From: Candidatus Nanopusillus sp.
GTDB taxonomy: Archaea > Nanobdellota > Nanobdellia > Nanobdellales > Nanobdellaceae
DNA: 32,000 bases
Reading direction: 5' to 3'
Assembly: GCA_028275885.1 (NCBI GenBank)
Contig: JAPWTW010000001.1
Coordinates: forward strand, 30,001 to 62,000
Within the stretch, counting starts at the first letter, position 1; each line of letters opens with the position of its first letter. Of this stretch, positions 17,300 through 25,903 are shown piece by piece. Made by a program: the position numbers and the translations under genes. The notes under the pieces were generated by a model. That model did no database searches. It was not told where the DNA came from and was given only the letters and a program-made list of their open reading frames with translations.

Positions 17300-19075
17300 A
17301 TGAACAATATTTATGATTTTATTGATGATGTTATAGATGTAATAAGAAAAAAAAATGAAATAAAGAAAAAATTAAATGAAAAAAAAGAAAAAATAAATAT
17401 TATAGAAAGTATACATAAAGAATATCAACCAATTTATATACCATTAACTAGTAATAGATACAAAGAAAGAAAAAGAAGTAAAAAAGTTTATAATATAACT
17501 TTAATTAATATACCTTCACAAAATATAAAAATTACTGAAAAAGACAAACTTAGATTTTTTGTAGAATTATATGGAAAAAATGAAAATGTAAATCAGTTTA
17601 GATATCCATTAACTAAAATGAATATTCTTGGTAGAGAATATATATTTGCGTATGCTGATATATCATGGGATAATGAATATGGAGAACTTATATATCATGT
17701 AATAGAACCAAGTATAAATGAGAATGATAAGAAAATTATAAATGAAATAATTGATGATTTAGCTAGAACATCAGAACTTCCTTTGAGAATAGAAAAAAAT
17801 GAAGAATATATGAAAAACTATATAATAAAACAATCTTTAAATATAATAAAAGAAAAAGGATATCTAATAGATAAAAATAAATTGCCATATATATTATATT
17901 ATATAATAAGGGATACAATTGGTTATGGAATAATAGATCCATTAATGAGAGATCCATTAATTGAAGATATATCCTGTACTGGTATAAATTATCCAATATT
18001 TATATTCCATAGGAATCCACTAATAGGTGAGATAAAAACAAATTTACAATTTAATTCTGATGAGGAATTAGATAATTTTGTAATAAAATTATCTGTAAGG
18101 GCTGGGAGGATTGTATCTGTTGCAAATCCATTATTAGATGCAGCTTTACCTGATGGATCAAGAATTCAGATAACCTTTGGGAAAGATATTTCTAGAAGGG
18201 GTTCTTCATTTACAATTAGAAAATTTACAGAAGATCCATTCACTCCAATTGATCTATTATTATATGGAACTTCAGATTTTAATATGTTAGCATATTTATG
18301 GACATTAATAGAAGAAGGAAGATCATTATTAATATCTGGTGGAACAGCTACAGGTAAAACATCATTCTTGAATGCAATATCTTTATTTATTAAACCTGAG
18401 AAAAAGATAGTTTCAATAGAAGATACTGCGGAGTTAAAGTTACCACATCCAAACTGGTTATCACAAGTTGCAAGACCTGGATATGGTCCAAATAGATATG
18501 GTGAAGTTACTATGTTTGATCTATTAAAAGCAGCTTTGAGGCAAAGACCAGATTATATAATTGTAGGTGAAGTAAGAGGTGAAGAAGCTTATATACTATT
18601 CCAAGCAATGGCAACAGGTCATGCTGGTTTAGGTACCATACATGCAGAAAGTTTTGAAGCATTAATGGATAGATTACTATCACCACCAATAAATTTACCT
18701 CCATCTTTATTGGAAGTATTGGACGGGGTTGTATTCCTCAAAAGATTGAAATACCAAGGAAAATATGTAAGAAGAGTAGATAAAATATATGAAATACTTA
18801 GATTTAATAAAGAAAAGAAAGATGTTGATAGGATAATTTCATTTAAATGGAATCCAAGAGATGATTCTTATATACCAGGTGAAAGTTATGTATTAAATAA
18901 AATTGCTGAAATCAGAAACTGGGATAAAAATGATATAGAAATGAACTTTAAATTTAAAATAAGAGTACTAGAATATATGTTAGAAAATAACATAAGAAAT
19001 TATAGAAAGATTGCAGAAATTATGAGTATGTATTACAATAATCCTGATAAATTAATGAGTTTAGTGGGATTTTAG
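17300..19075 (+). CDS. Type II/IV secretion-family ATPase (archaeal FlaI/ArlI/PilB-like pilus assembly ATPase)
   Basis: 591 aa. Walker A ISGGTATGKTSFLNAI, Asp box/Walker B RQRPDYIIVGEVRGEEA and His box ATGHAGLGTIHAES. Also DPLIEDISC and LPDGSRIQITFG. The N-terminus is Lys-rich. Confidence 0.9.
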   Translation: MNNIYDFIDDVIDVIRKKNEIKKKLNEKKEKINIIESIHKEYQPIYIPLTSNRYKERKRSKKVYNITLINIPSQNIKITEKDKLRFFVELYGKNENVNQFRYPLTKMNILGREYIFAYADISWDNEYGELIYHVIEPSINENDKKIINEIIDDLARTSELPLRIEKNEEYMKNYIIKQSLNIIKEKGYLIDKNKLPYILYYIIRDTIGYGIIDPLMRDPLIEDISCTGINYPIFIFHRNPLIGEIKTNLQFNSDEELDNFVIKLSVRAGRIVSVANPLLDAALPDGSRIQITFGKDISRRGSSFTIRKFTEDPFTPIDLLLYGTSDFNMLAYLWTLIEEGRSLLISGGTATGKTSFLNAISLFIKPEKKIVSIEDTAELKLPHPNWLSQVARPGYGPNRYGEVTMFDLLKAALRQRPDYIIVGEVRGEEAYILFQAMATGHAGLGTIHAESFEALMDRLLSPPINLPPSLLEVLDGVVFLKRLKYQGKYVRRVDKIYEILRFNKEKKDVDRIISFKWNPRDDSYIPGESYVLNKIAEIRNWDKNDIEMNFKFKIRVLEYMLENNIRNYRKIAEIMSMYYNNPDKLMSLVGF

Positions 19076-19705
19076 TTCAATAATTTCTATTGGTTTTTTA
19101 TTATAAAATTTTATTGAATATGTTTTATTATATTCTAATTGAATATTTTTTTCCAAATATAATATATTAAAGTTGTCTGTCAATACTATATAATTATTCT
19201 CTTTTTCTTTTAGTAATCTTATATACCTATATGATATATAATTTTGATTTAAATTTATGTTTTCATCTATTTTTTCTACTAAGTCTATATTGTTTATGAA
19301 TATCGATAGAACAAAGTTATTTAGTACAATACCATTTTTTACTTTTATATTATTATTTTCTTTTAATAAGTTCTCTTTTCTTTTCCATTTATAATCTTTA
19401 ATTATTAACTTAATTAGCCCTGTTTCATCTCCTACTTCTAGAATTATTAAATTATCTTTTTTTATTAATATTTTATTTATCTTTAATTTTATTTCTTTTA
19501 TCTTTAATCCGGGATATAAATTCTTTACTTTTATATTATACAAATCTTCTAATTTTAATCCTTTTTCTTTTAATATTAATAAAATAGCTGTCTCTTCATC
19601 AATTAAATTTTTATATTGCTTTATCTTTTCATTTATTAATTCTTGTAATTTTGTTTTTGATATACCTAAAATTGATGAAACATAATTTTTATCTATCATA
19701 AACAA
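19061..19705 (-). CDS. RPA/SSB-like single OB-fold ssDNA-binding protein
   Basis: 214 aa. The N-terminal segment ISKTKLQELINEKIKQYKNLIDEETAILLILKEKGLKL resembles the RPA N-terminus. It is followed by IKVKNLYPGLKIKEI...IILEVGDETGLIKLII, which contains the GDETG OB-fold motif of archaeal RPA/SSB. Confidence 0.55.
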   Translation of the reverse strand: MFMIDKNYVSSILGISKTKLQELINEKIKQYKNLIDEETAILLILKEKGLKLEDLYNIKVKNLYPGLKIKEIKLKINKILIKKDNLIILEVGDETGLIKLIIKDYKWKRKENLLKENNNIKVKNGIVLNNFVLSIFINNIDLVEKIDENINLNQNYISYRYIRLLKEKENNYIVLTDNFNILYLEKNIQLEYNKTYSIKFYNKKPIEIIELKSH

Positions 19706-19729
19706 TATTTAGTAGTAAAAAATAAATTT

Positions 19730-20146
19730 TTATTTGAGTTGACAACCAGGTATACAACTTCCAGGTTGGCAAGAAGAACAGTTAGAGCCAGATAGATCTA
19801 TACATTGATTTTGACCAAGTCCACATATAACTTCAGAACCATTATATAAACTAAATGAATATTGGAAATAAATGCTACAGTTTGAAGATACATATTGGGA
19901 ATTTGCTAACATTTGCAGTTGAACGGATGGATTAGTAGAAGTTCCTATTTGATTTGCTATTGCTGCTGCATATTGTGAACATTGTGCGTTAATTGTTTGA
20001 TTAGATGATGGAGTTATTTGATTAGTTTGTGAAACAAATTTTCCAATTCCACCAGTAAATATTAATATAAGAAATACTAATACAACAATTGCAATAATTG
20101 CTAAAATTATAGTATTTATAGGTAAGCCTTGAGTTCTTTTTACCAT
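19730..20146 (-). CDS. Class III signal peptide (type IV pilin-like) protein with Cys-rich C-terminal domain
   Basis: 138 aa. MVKRTQG|LPINTIILAIIAIVVLVFLILIF is a textbook archaeal prepilin signal (basic residues, Q-G cleavage context, hydrophobic helix). The mature part has 8 Cys and ends ...CSSCQPGSCIPGCQLK. Confidence 0.7.
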   Translation of the reverse strand: MVKRTQGLPINTIILAIIAIVVLVFLILIFTGGIGKFVSQTNQITPSSNQTINAQCSQYAAAIANQIGTSTNPSVQLQMLANSQYVSSNCSIYFQYSFSLYNGSEVICGLGQNQCIDLSGSNCSSCQPGSCIPGCQLK

Positions 20147-20197
20147 TTTAAATATAAAATTTTTTATAAATATAAACTTTTCTGTGTATTTATATAC

Positions 20198-20662
20198 ATG
20201 AAAATTTCTTTTGTACTATTAAGGGTAAATATACATGAATGGGATGATAAGAATAGAATATTAAATGTAATTAATTTATTATTAAAAGATATTGATAGAA
20301 AGAAAATAGAAATAAATAATTATAAAGATAAAGGGTTAATAAGTAATGTAATTGAAGTATATGAAATAAAAATTAATAATAAAAATAGCATAGATATGTT
20401 TTTTAGAAATCTAATTTTTTTAGGATTAAAGTTTGAAGATATAAAAAATAACTGTAACTTTGATGAAAATTACAATATTTATTTAAGGATCAATAAAGAT
20501 GAATTAACATTAAACAAAATTATTAAATTACATTATACAGAGGATTCTTTTTTATTAAAAATAAGTTTTGATCATTATAAAAAGGATAAAGAAATAGTTT
20601 TAAACTATTTGAGGGAATATTTAGAAAATATAAATAAAAAATTTTTATATAATAATATTTAA
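20198..20662 (+). CDS. Hypothetical protein translationally coupled to mre11
   Basis: The tracked ORF starts at 20129 and overlaps the divergent pilin start. The ATG at 20198 (MKISFVLLRVNIHEWDD...) is more plausible, giving 154 aa. Its stop overlaps the mre11 start (TAATG at 20660-20664). The layout only vaguely resembles archaeal UPF0201-type proteins. No NurA motifs. Confidence 0.4.
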   Translation: MKISFVLLRVNIHEWDDKNRILNVINLLLKDIDRKKIEINNYKDKGLISNVIEVYEIKINNKNSIDMFFRNLIFLGLKFEDIKNNCNFDENYNIYLRINKDELTLNKIIKLHYTEDSFLLKISFDHYKKDKEIVLNYLREYLENINKKFLYNNI

Positions 20663-21801
20663 TGAAATTCGTCCATGTCTCTGATACTCATCTGGGATGT
20701 CAAATTCCAGTAGAATATAGTGAGATTAGAAAATATGATTTTTTAAATTCATTTAAACAAATTATAGATTTTGCAATTAGAGAAAAGGTGGACTTTATAA
20801 TTCATTCTGGGGATTTTTTTGATGATTATTTTAGGATAGATTCAAAATATCTTCTGGAAATATTGGATATATTATTTAAACTAAAAGATCATAAAATACC
20901 ATTAATATTTATTAAGGGAAATCATGATACAAAAGGGCAGAGACAGAACGTTTTAGAAATATTAAAAAAATTAAATTTAATATATGAAGCAAATATAAAA
21001 GAACCATTTATATATAAAGATGTATACATTTATGGAATATCAGAACCTTCAAATTTATCATATGAGCAATTAAGGATATATTATAAAAAGAATCTATTGA
21101 ACTCAAAATTTGAAAATAATGGTTATACTATCTTTATGTTTCATGGTGCAGTAAATATATTTCCAGAGAATATTTTGGGAAGTTATAGCAAAGAACCAAG
21201 GATTTTATCTTTAGAAGACCTTCCTAAAGCTGATTATTATGCATTTGGGCATTTTCATAAAAAACATCTAGAAAAATATAACAATATAATCCTTGCTTTA
21301 CCAGGTTCTACTGAAAGGACTGAAATATCAAAAGATGAAGAAAATATAAAGAAAGGATTTTTTTATGTAAAAGATGATAATATAGAATTCAAAGAATTAA
21401 ATATTAGGCCAATATATATTTATGAAGATGTAATAAATAATGATGATGAATTAAATAAATTAAAGAGTGATATTTATAGTAAATCTAAGGAAACAATTAT
21501 AAAAATTAGGGTTAGATATAAAAAAGATTATTATATTAATATAAAAAATCTATTGGAAAATTTAATAGAATCTGGATATTTAATCTTAGATGATTCTTAT
21601 TCTTTGGATGAAGAAATAAAGTTAGATAATAAGGTAATTACAATAGATAATATAATGGATAATTCTCTTTTTGTAAATGATAAACAAGAGGTAATAAAAA
21701 TGTTTAATTATATAAAAGAATTATTTGAGGAAATGTATTCTGGTAGAAATTCAGATTTAGATAGAATAAGAGAAACATTATTTAAACAATTAATAAAATG
21801 A
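20662..21801 (+). CDS. mre11: DNA double-strand break repair nuclease Mre11
   Basis: 379 aa with the calcineurin-like phosphoesterase motifs in order: HVSDTHLG, HSGDFFD, KGNHD, MFHG and GHFH. Confidence 0.9.
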   Translation: MKFVHVSDTHLGCQIPVEYSEIRKYDFLNSFKQIIDFAIREKVDFIIHSGDFFDDYFRIDSKYLLEILDILFKLKDHKIPLIFIKGNHDTKGQRQNVLEILKKLNLIYEANIKEPFIYKDVYIYGISEPSNLSYEQLRIYYKKNLLNSKFENNGYTIFMFHGAVNIFPENILGSYSKEPRILSLEDLPKADYYAFGHFHKKHLEKYNNIILALPGSTERTEISKDEENIKKGFFYVKDDNIEFKELNIRPIYIYEDVINNDDELNKLKSDIYSKSKETIIKIRVRYKKDYYINIKNLLENLIESGYLILDDSYSLDEEIKLDNKVITIDNIMDNSLFVNDKQEVIKMFNYIKELFEEMYSGRNSDLDRIRETLFKQLIK

Positions 21802-24053
21802 GGATTAATAGAATAAAATTAGAGAATTTTAAGATACATAAAAATTTAGAGATTAATTTTGATGAAAAAAATATAATAATAGGAGAGAATGGGGTTGGAA
21901 AAACATCAATATTTCATGCAATATTATTTGGTTTATTTGGAAAAGATTCTTTATCTAGTATAAATATATCAAATATATCATCTTTAATAAGAATTGGTTC
22001 ATACAATTTGAATGTAGAATTGGAGATATCTGATGGAAATACTTTATATAAGATAATAAGATCTTCAAATAATAATGGCGAATCTAAAGCAATATTATAT
22101 GAAGGAAATAGGGTTATAGCTTCTGGACCAGACATTGTTAATAAAAAAATAAAGGAAATATTAAATATAAATAGGATTGAGAAATTTACAGATGTATTGT
22201 ATATAAAACAGGGAGATTTAGGAAGATATATAAATTTATCTGGAAAAATTGAATTAACAAAATTATTAGAAAAAATATTCGATATAGAATATTATTCTTT
22301 AATATTAAAAATAATTGAAGGATTAATAAAGGATTTAGAAAAGGAAAAGGAATATGAAGAAAAAGAAAGAAATTTATTATTAAAAGATATAGAATTATAT
22401 AAAAATATTTTTGGCGATAGAGATGTTGAAAAATTATTAGAAGAAGTAAATAAGTATTTGGAATTAAAGAAAATAAGAGACAATATATATAAAGATTATT
22501 TAGAGCTAAAAACATTGGAAAATAGTATAGATTATAATTTATTAACTCAGGAAAATTATTTGAATCAAAAGTTAAAAGAATATGAAGAAAAAGAAAAGGA
22601 ATTATATGATAATATATTAAATCTTGAATCTGAAAGAAAAAATATTAAATATGAAAATTATTCAAAAGATTTATTGAATAGTTCTTTAGAATATTTGGAA
22701 AGTAGAAAAAAGGAATTAGAATATTTGGAAAATGTTGATGAAAAAGAATTAGAATATAAATTAAAAGAATTAAAGGAAATTTATTCAAATATAGAAAAAT
22801 ATATAGAATATAAGAATATAGAAAGTGAAATAAAAAATATAGAAAATAAAAAGAAAGAATTGGAAAATAATATTATAATTCTAGAAAATAAAATAAAAGA
22901 GGAAGAAGAATATTTAAATATATTAAATAGAGAAATATCTGAATGTCCAGTATGTAAAAGAGCTTTGGATGAGGATTTACACAAAAAATTACTAGATCAA
23001 TATAAAGAAAGTTTGGATAAGAATAAAGAGAATTTAATTAAATTTAAAAATGAAAAAAATAATTTAGATAAATTATATCAGGAAATAGAAAATAAATATA
23101 AGTACTTTTTATACATTCAAGGAAAAATTAAGGATAAAATAAATTTATCAGATATTGAAAATGAAAAAGCAAGGATTGAAAAAGAAATTAATGAAATAAA
23201 TTACAAAATAAATCAAATAAATGAATACAAGATAATAAAAGATACAATGAATTATATAAAGAAAAATGAATTAGACAAAGTAATAGAAAATTTGAGAAAA
23301 GAATATCAAAGCATAAAAAATGAGATAAATAATATCAGATATTTTTTGATGAAGATAGACAATATGAAAAAGAATTTGGAAAAAATAAAAGATATATATA
23401 AGAGAAATAATTTAAATTCTTTAAATGAGTTTGAAAATAAATTGAATGAACTTGATAAAGAAATAAAGAAATATGAAAATTTAAAACCAGAATTAATAAA
23501 AAATTATAAAGAAAAATTAAATGTATATAATAGTATAAATGAAAAATTAAAGAACATAAGCAAAAATATAAATAATTTGAGATCCTTATACAATGTTCTA
23601 TTAAAATATATAGAAATTAATAGAGAAAAACTATCAAAAAACTTAGAAAATGCATTTAAATTCTATTTTAAAAAGTTGTATAGATATCAAGATATTATAG
23701 ATGTCGGAATAGATATAAAAGAAAGTAAAGTAAAAGACGAAAAGCTATTTTATATTTATGTAGTTAAAAATATTGATGGAAAAAGTATTAAAAAATATAT
23801 TGATGAAGCTGGATTGAGTGGGGGACAAATAAAGATATTAGACTTAGCATTAAGACTTGCAATTGCTTCTATATTAAATCTAAATATTAATATATTATTG
23901 TTAGATGAACCTACAGAATCTTTAGATGAAAATATAAGATTATCTTTAGCTCAATTAATATCAAGTTTGGATAATTATCAAGTAATATTATGTACCCATG
24001 ATGATCTATTTAAAGATAATGTTGAAGGAAAAATAATAGAAATTAAAAGGTAA
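21798..24053 (+). CDS. rad50: DNA double-strand break repair ATPase Rad50
   Basis: 751 aa. N-terminal Walker A IIIGENGVGKTSIFHAI. A long Lys/Glu/Asn coiled coil carries a central zinc hook CPVC (EISECPVCKRAL). The C-terminus has the signature LSGGQ and Walker B LLLDEPT. The start overlaps the mre11 stop (ATGA). Confidence 0.9.
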   Translation: MRINRIKLENFKIHKNLEINFDEKNIIIGENGVGKTSIFHAILFGLFGKDSLSSINISNISSLIRIGSYNLNVELEISDGNTLYKIIRSSNNNGESKAILYEGNRVIASGPDIVNKKIKEILNINRIEKFTDVLYIKQGDLGRYINLSGKIELTKLLEKIFDIEYYSLILKIIEGLIKDLEKEKEYEEKERNLLLKDIELYKNIFGDRDVEKLLEEVNKYLELKKIRDNIYKDYLELKTLENSIDYNLLTQENYLNQKLKEYEEKEKELYDNILNLESERKNIKYENYSKDLLNSSLEYLESRKKELEYLENVDEKELEYKLKELKEIYSNIEKYIEYKNIESEIKNIENKKKELENNIIILENKIKEEEEYLNILNREISECPVCKRALDEDLHKKLLDQYKESLDKNKENLIKFKNEKNNLDKLYQEIENKYKYFLYIQGKIKDKINLSDIENEKARIEKEINEINYKINQINEYKIIKDTMNYIKKNELDKVIENLRKEYQSIKNEINNIRYFLMKIDNMKKNLEKIKDIYKRNNLNSLNEFENKLNELDKEIKKYENLKPELIKNYKEKLNVYNSINEKLKNISKNINNLRSLYNVLLKYIEINREKLSKNLENAFKFYFKKLYRYQDIIDVGIDIKESKVKDEKLFYIYVVKNIDGKSIKKYIDEAGLSGGQIKILDLALRLAIASILNLNINILLLDEPTESLDENIRLSLAQLISSLDNYQVILCTHDDLFKDNVEGKIIEIKR

Positions 24054-24346
24054 TTATTGCATATCCCTGATCTACTAATTTATTCATTTCTTCATATGAA
24101 AATATTTTATCTTTATATATTAATTTTTCTTCTGGTATGTTAAATTTTACCATGCATTTTTCACATGCATAAATATTTATATTTAAATTTTTTATATCTC
24201 CTAAATGTTTAGATATGATTTCCTTCTAAAGTAAAACAAATTTTTATATCTTCTGCTCCACTCATTTTTAATACTTTTGAAAATTCCAAGACCATTTCTA
24301 CTGTATTTTTATCTTCTTTTGTTAATAATATTAAATACTTTGCCAT
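24043..24346 (-). pseudogene. Frameshifted DsrE-like (YACxxC type) small protein gene
   Basis: Minus strand. ATG at 24346 gives MAKYLILLTKEDKNTVEMVLEFSKVLKMSGAEDIKICFTLEGNHI*, with the stop at 24209-24211. A second frame is open from 24225 to the stop at 24043-24045 and reads KEIISKHLGDIKNLNINIYACEKCMVKFNIPEEKLIYKDKIFSYEEMNKLVDQGYAIITF*. A single-nt indel within 24212-24225 would restore a ~101-aa ORF. The overall pattern resembles DsrE-related proteins ending ..eGy.yi.f/p. Confidence 0.45.
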
Positions 24347-24370
24347 TAAAATATAACAATGTTATTATTT

Positions 24371-24390
24371 ATAAATGTTTAAACATTTAT
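24371..24390. promoter_or_regulatory. Perfect 20-bp palindrome in a divergent promoter region
   Basis: ATAAATGTTTAAACATTTAT equals its own reverse complement. It lies 15 nt upstream of the KaiC-like ATG (24405) and 25 nt upstream of the DsrE-like ATG (24346, minus strand). A second small inverted repeat, ataaca-a-tgttat, is at 24352-24364. Confidence 0.3.
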
Positions 24391-24404
24391 TCTAAATTAT
24401 TGTA

Positions 24405-25256
24405 ATGATATATAAGGTTAGAACATATGTACCGGGATTTGATGAGATATTATATGGAGGAATACCTGAAAGAAATGTAGTATTATTAAGTGGAGGACCT
24501 GGTACAGGAAAATCTATTTTAGGTAAACAATTTTTATATAATGGATTAAAGAATAATGAAAATGGGGTATTTGTTGCATTGGAAGAACATCCAGTAAGTG
24601 TTAGAAGGAGTTTTAAGAATTTTGGATGGGATATATCAAAATATGAGGAAGAAGGAAAAATAGGAATTATAGATGCATTTACTGGTGGAACTGGTACTGC
24701 AGCCCAAAGGGAAAGATATTTAGTAAGAGATTTAGATAATATACATGAACTATTAGATGTAGTAAGACAAGCAATAAAAGATACAAATGCTAAAAGGGTT
24801 GTTATAGATTCTATTTCTACATTATATTTAACAAAACCAGCAATGGCAAGATCTATAGTAATGTCATTAAAAAGATTAATTGCAGGTTTAGGATGTACTG
24901 CAATATTTGTTTCACAGATTTCTGTTGGTGAGAGGGGATTTGGTGGACCTGGAGTTGAACATGCAGTAGATGGGATTGTAAAAATGGATCTAGACGAGAT
25001 AGATGGAAAACTATATAGATCAATTATTGTATGGAAGATGAGGGATACAAAACATAGTCTATTAAGACATCCAATGCAAATAGATGAAAATGGAATAAAA
25101 ATTGAATGGAATAAATATATTAGAATAGGAATTAATAATGTAAAAATAGATAATATACCTCAGGAAATGATTGAAGAAATAAATAAAGCTATGCAAGAAG
25201 TTGAGAAATATCCCGAATATAAAAAGATTAATGTTCAGGAATTTGAAGAAGAATGA
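24405..25256 (+). CDS. KaiC-like RecA-superfamily ATPase (single domain; aRadC/KaiC type)
   Basis: 283 aa. [40 protein letters not shown] contains the KaiC-type Walker A context. Walker B is [11 protein letters not shown], and [14 protein letters not shown] is also typical. Confidence 0.8.
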   Translation: MIYKVRTYVPGFDEILYGGIPERNVVLLSGGPGTGKSILGKQFLYNGLKNNENGVFVALEEHPVSVRRSFKNFGWDISKYEEEGKIGIIDAFTGGTGTAAQRERYLVRDLDNIHELLDVVRQAIKDTNAKRVVIDSISTLYLTKPAMARSIVMSLKRLIAGLGCTAIFVSQISVGERGFGGPGVEHAVDGIVKMDLDEIDGKLYRSIIVWKMRDTKHSLLRHPMQIDENGIKIEWNKYIRIGINNVKIDNIPQEMIEEINKAMQEVEKYPEYKKINVQEFEEE

Positions 25257-25903
25257 TTAAAAAAGCTAAGTATACTTTTTTGATTTTCTCTTTTTATTTT
25301 TTTAATTGTCATCCAAGATTTTCTAATATAATCTTTTAATATTTCATAATTTTCTTTTATTGCCTTAATCGTTCTTTCATCAGATGGATATCCAGATCCA
25401 AAATCTATATTTGTTTTTTCCTTAATTTTATCAATTTCTCTATCTCTTATAACCTTTGCAATAATGGAAGCTGCAGATACTACTGGATAATTTTTGTCTG
25501 CCTTATTTTCTACAATTATTTCAATATCTATTTTTAAATTATTTTTTATATATTCAACTACTTTTTTTGTATTAACTATTGGAGAATCAATTATTACTTT
25601 ATCTGGTTTTATTTCTTTAATTATCTTTATCATGTTTTCAAATTCTAAATAATTTAATTTATTTTTATATACATAATAATCTATTGTTTTTGGATCAATC
25701 ATTATATATTTATATTTATCTGTTAGCTTTATTATTTCATTATATATTTTTTCTCTTTGTTCTCTTGTTAATTTTTTAGAATCTTTAACACCTAAAGATT
25801 TTAATAACTCTATTTTTTCTTCTTCAATACAATAGCCGGCAATTACCATTGGTCCAATTACAGGTCCTCTTCCGGCTTCATCAATTCCCAATATTAACTT
25901 CAT
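25235..25903 (-). CDS. rnhB: Ribonuclease HII
   Basis: 222 aa. [30 protein letters not shown] and [14 protein letters not shown]...GSGYPSD are canonical RNase HII motifs. Confidence 0.9.
   Translation of the reverse strand: MKLILGIDEAGRGPVIGPMVIAGYCIEEEKIELLKSLGVKDSKKLTREQREKIYNEIIKLTDKYKYIMIDPKTIDYYVYKNKLNYLEFENMIKIIKEIKPDKVIIDSPIVNTKKVVEYIKNNLKIDIEIIVENKADKNYPVVSAASIIAKVIRDREIDKIKEKTNIDFGSGYPSDERTIKAIKENYEILKDYIRKSWMTIKKIKRENQKSILSFFNHSSSNS

Noticed and set aside
15547-18704. Minus-strand ORFs 15547-15738, 17763-17996 and 18510-18704
   Set aside because: Antisense to the coiled-coil gene and the secretion ATPase; low-complexity translations.
20129-20197. Longer version of the ORF upstream of mre11 (tracked start 20129)
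   Set aside because: It would overlap the start of the divergent pilin gene (ends 20146) and consume the whole shared promoter region. The added residues (MSSFYHFKYKIFYKYKLFCVFIY) look like translated AT-rich promoter DNA. The ATG at 20198 is preferred, though unproven.
21914-22984. Minus-strand ORFs inside rad50 (21914-22135, 22186-22515, 22292-22483, 22781-22984)
   Set aside because: Antisense to the Rad50 coiled-coil region; repetitive Lys/Glu codons give long open antisense frames by chance.
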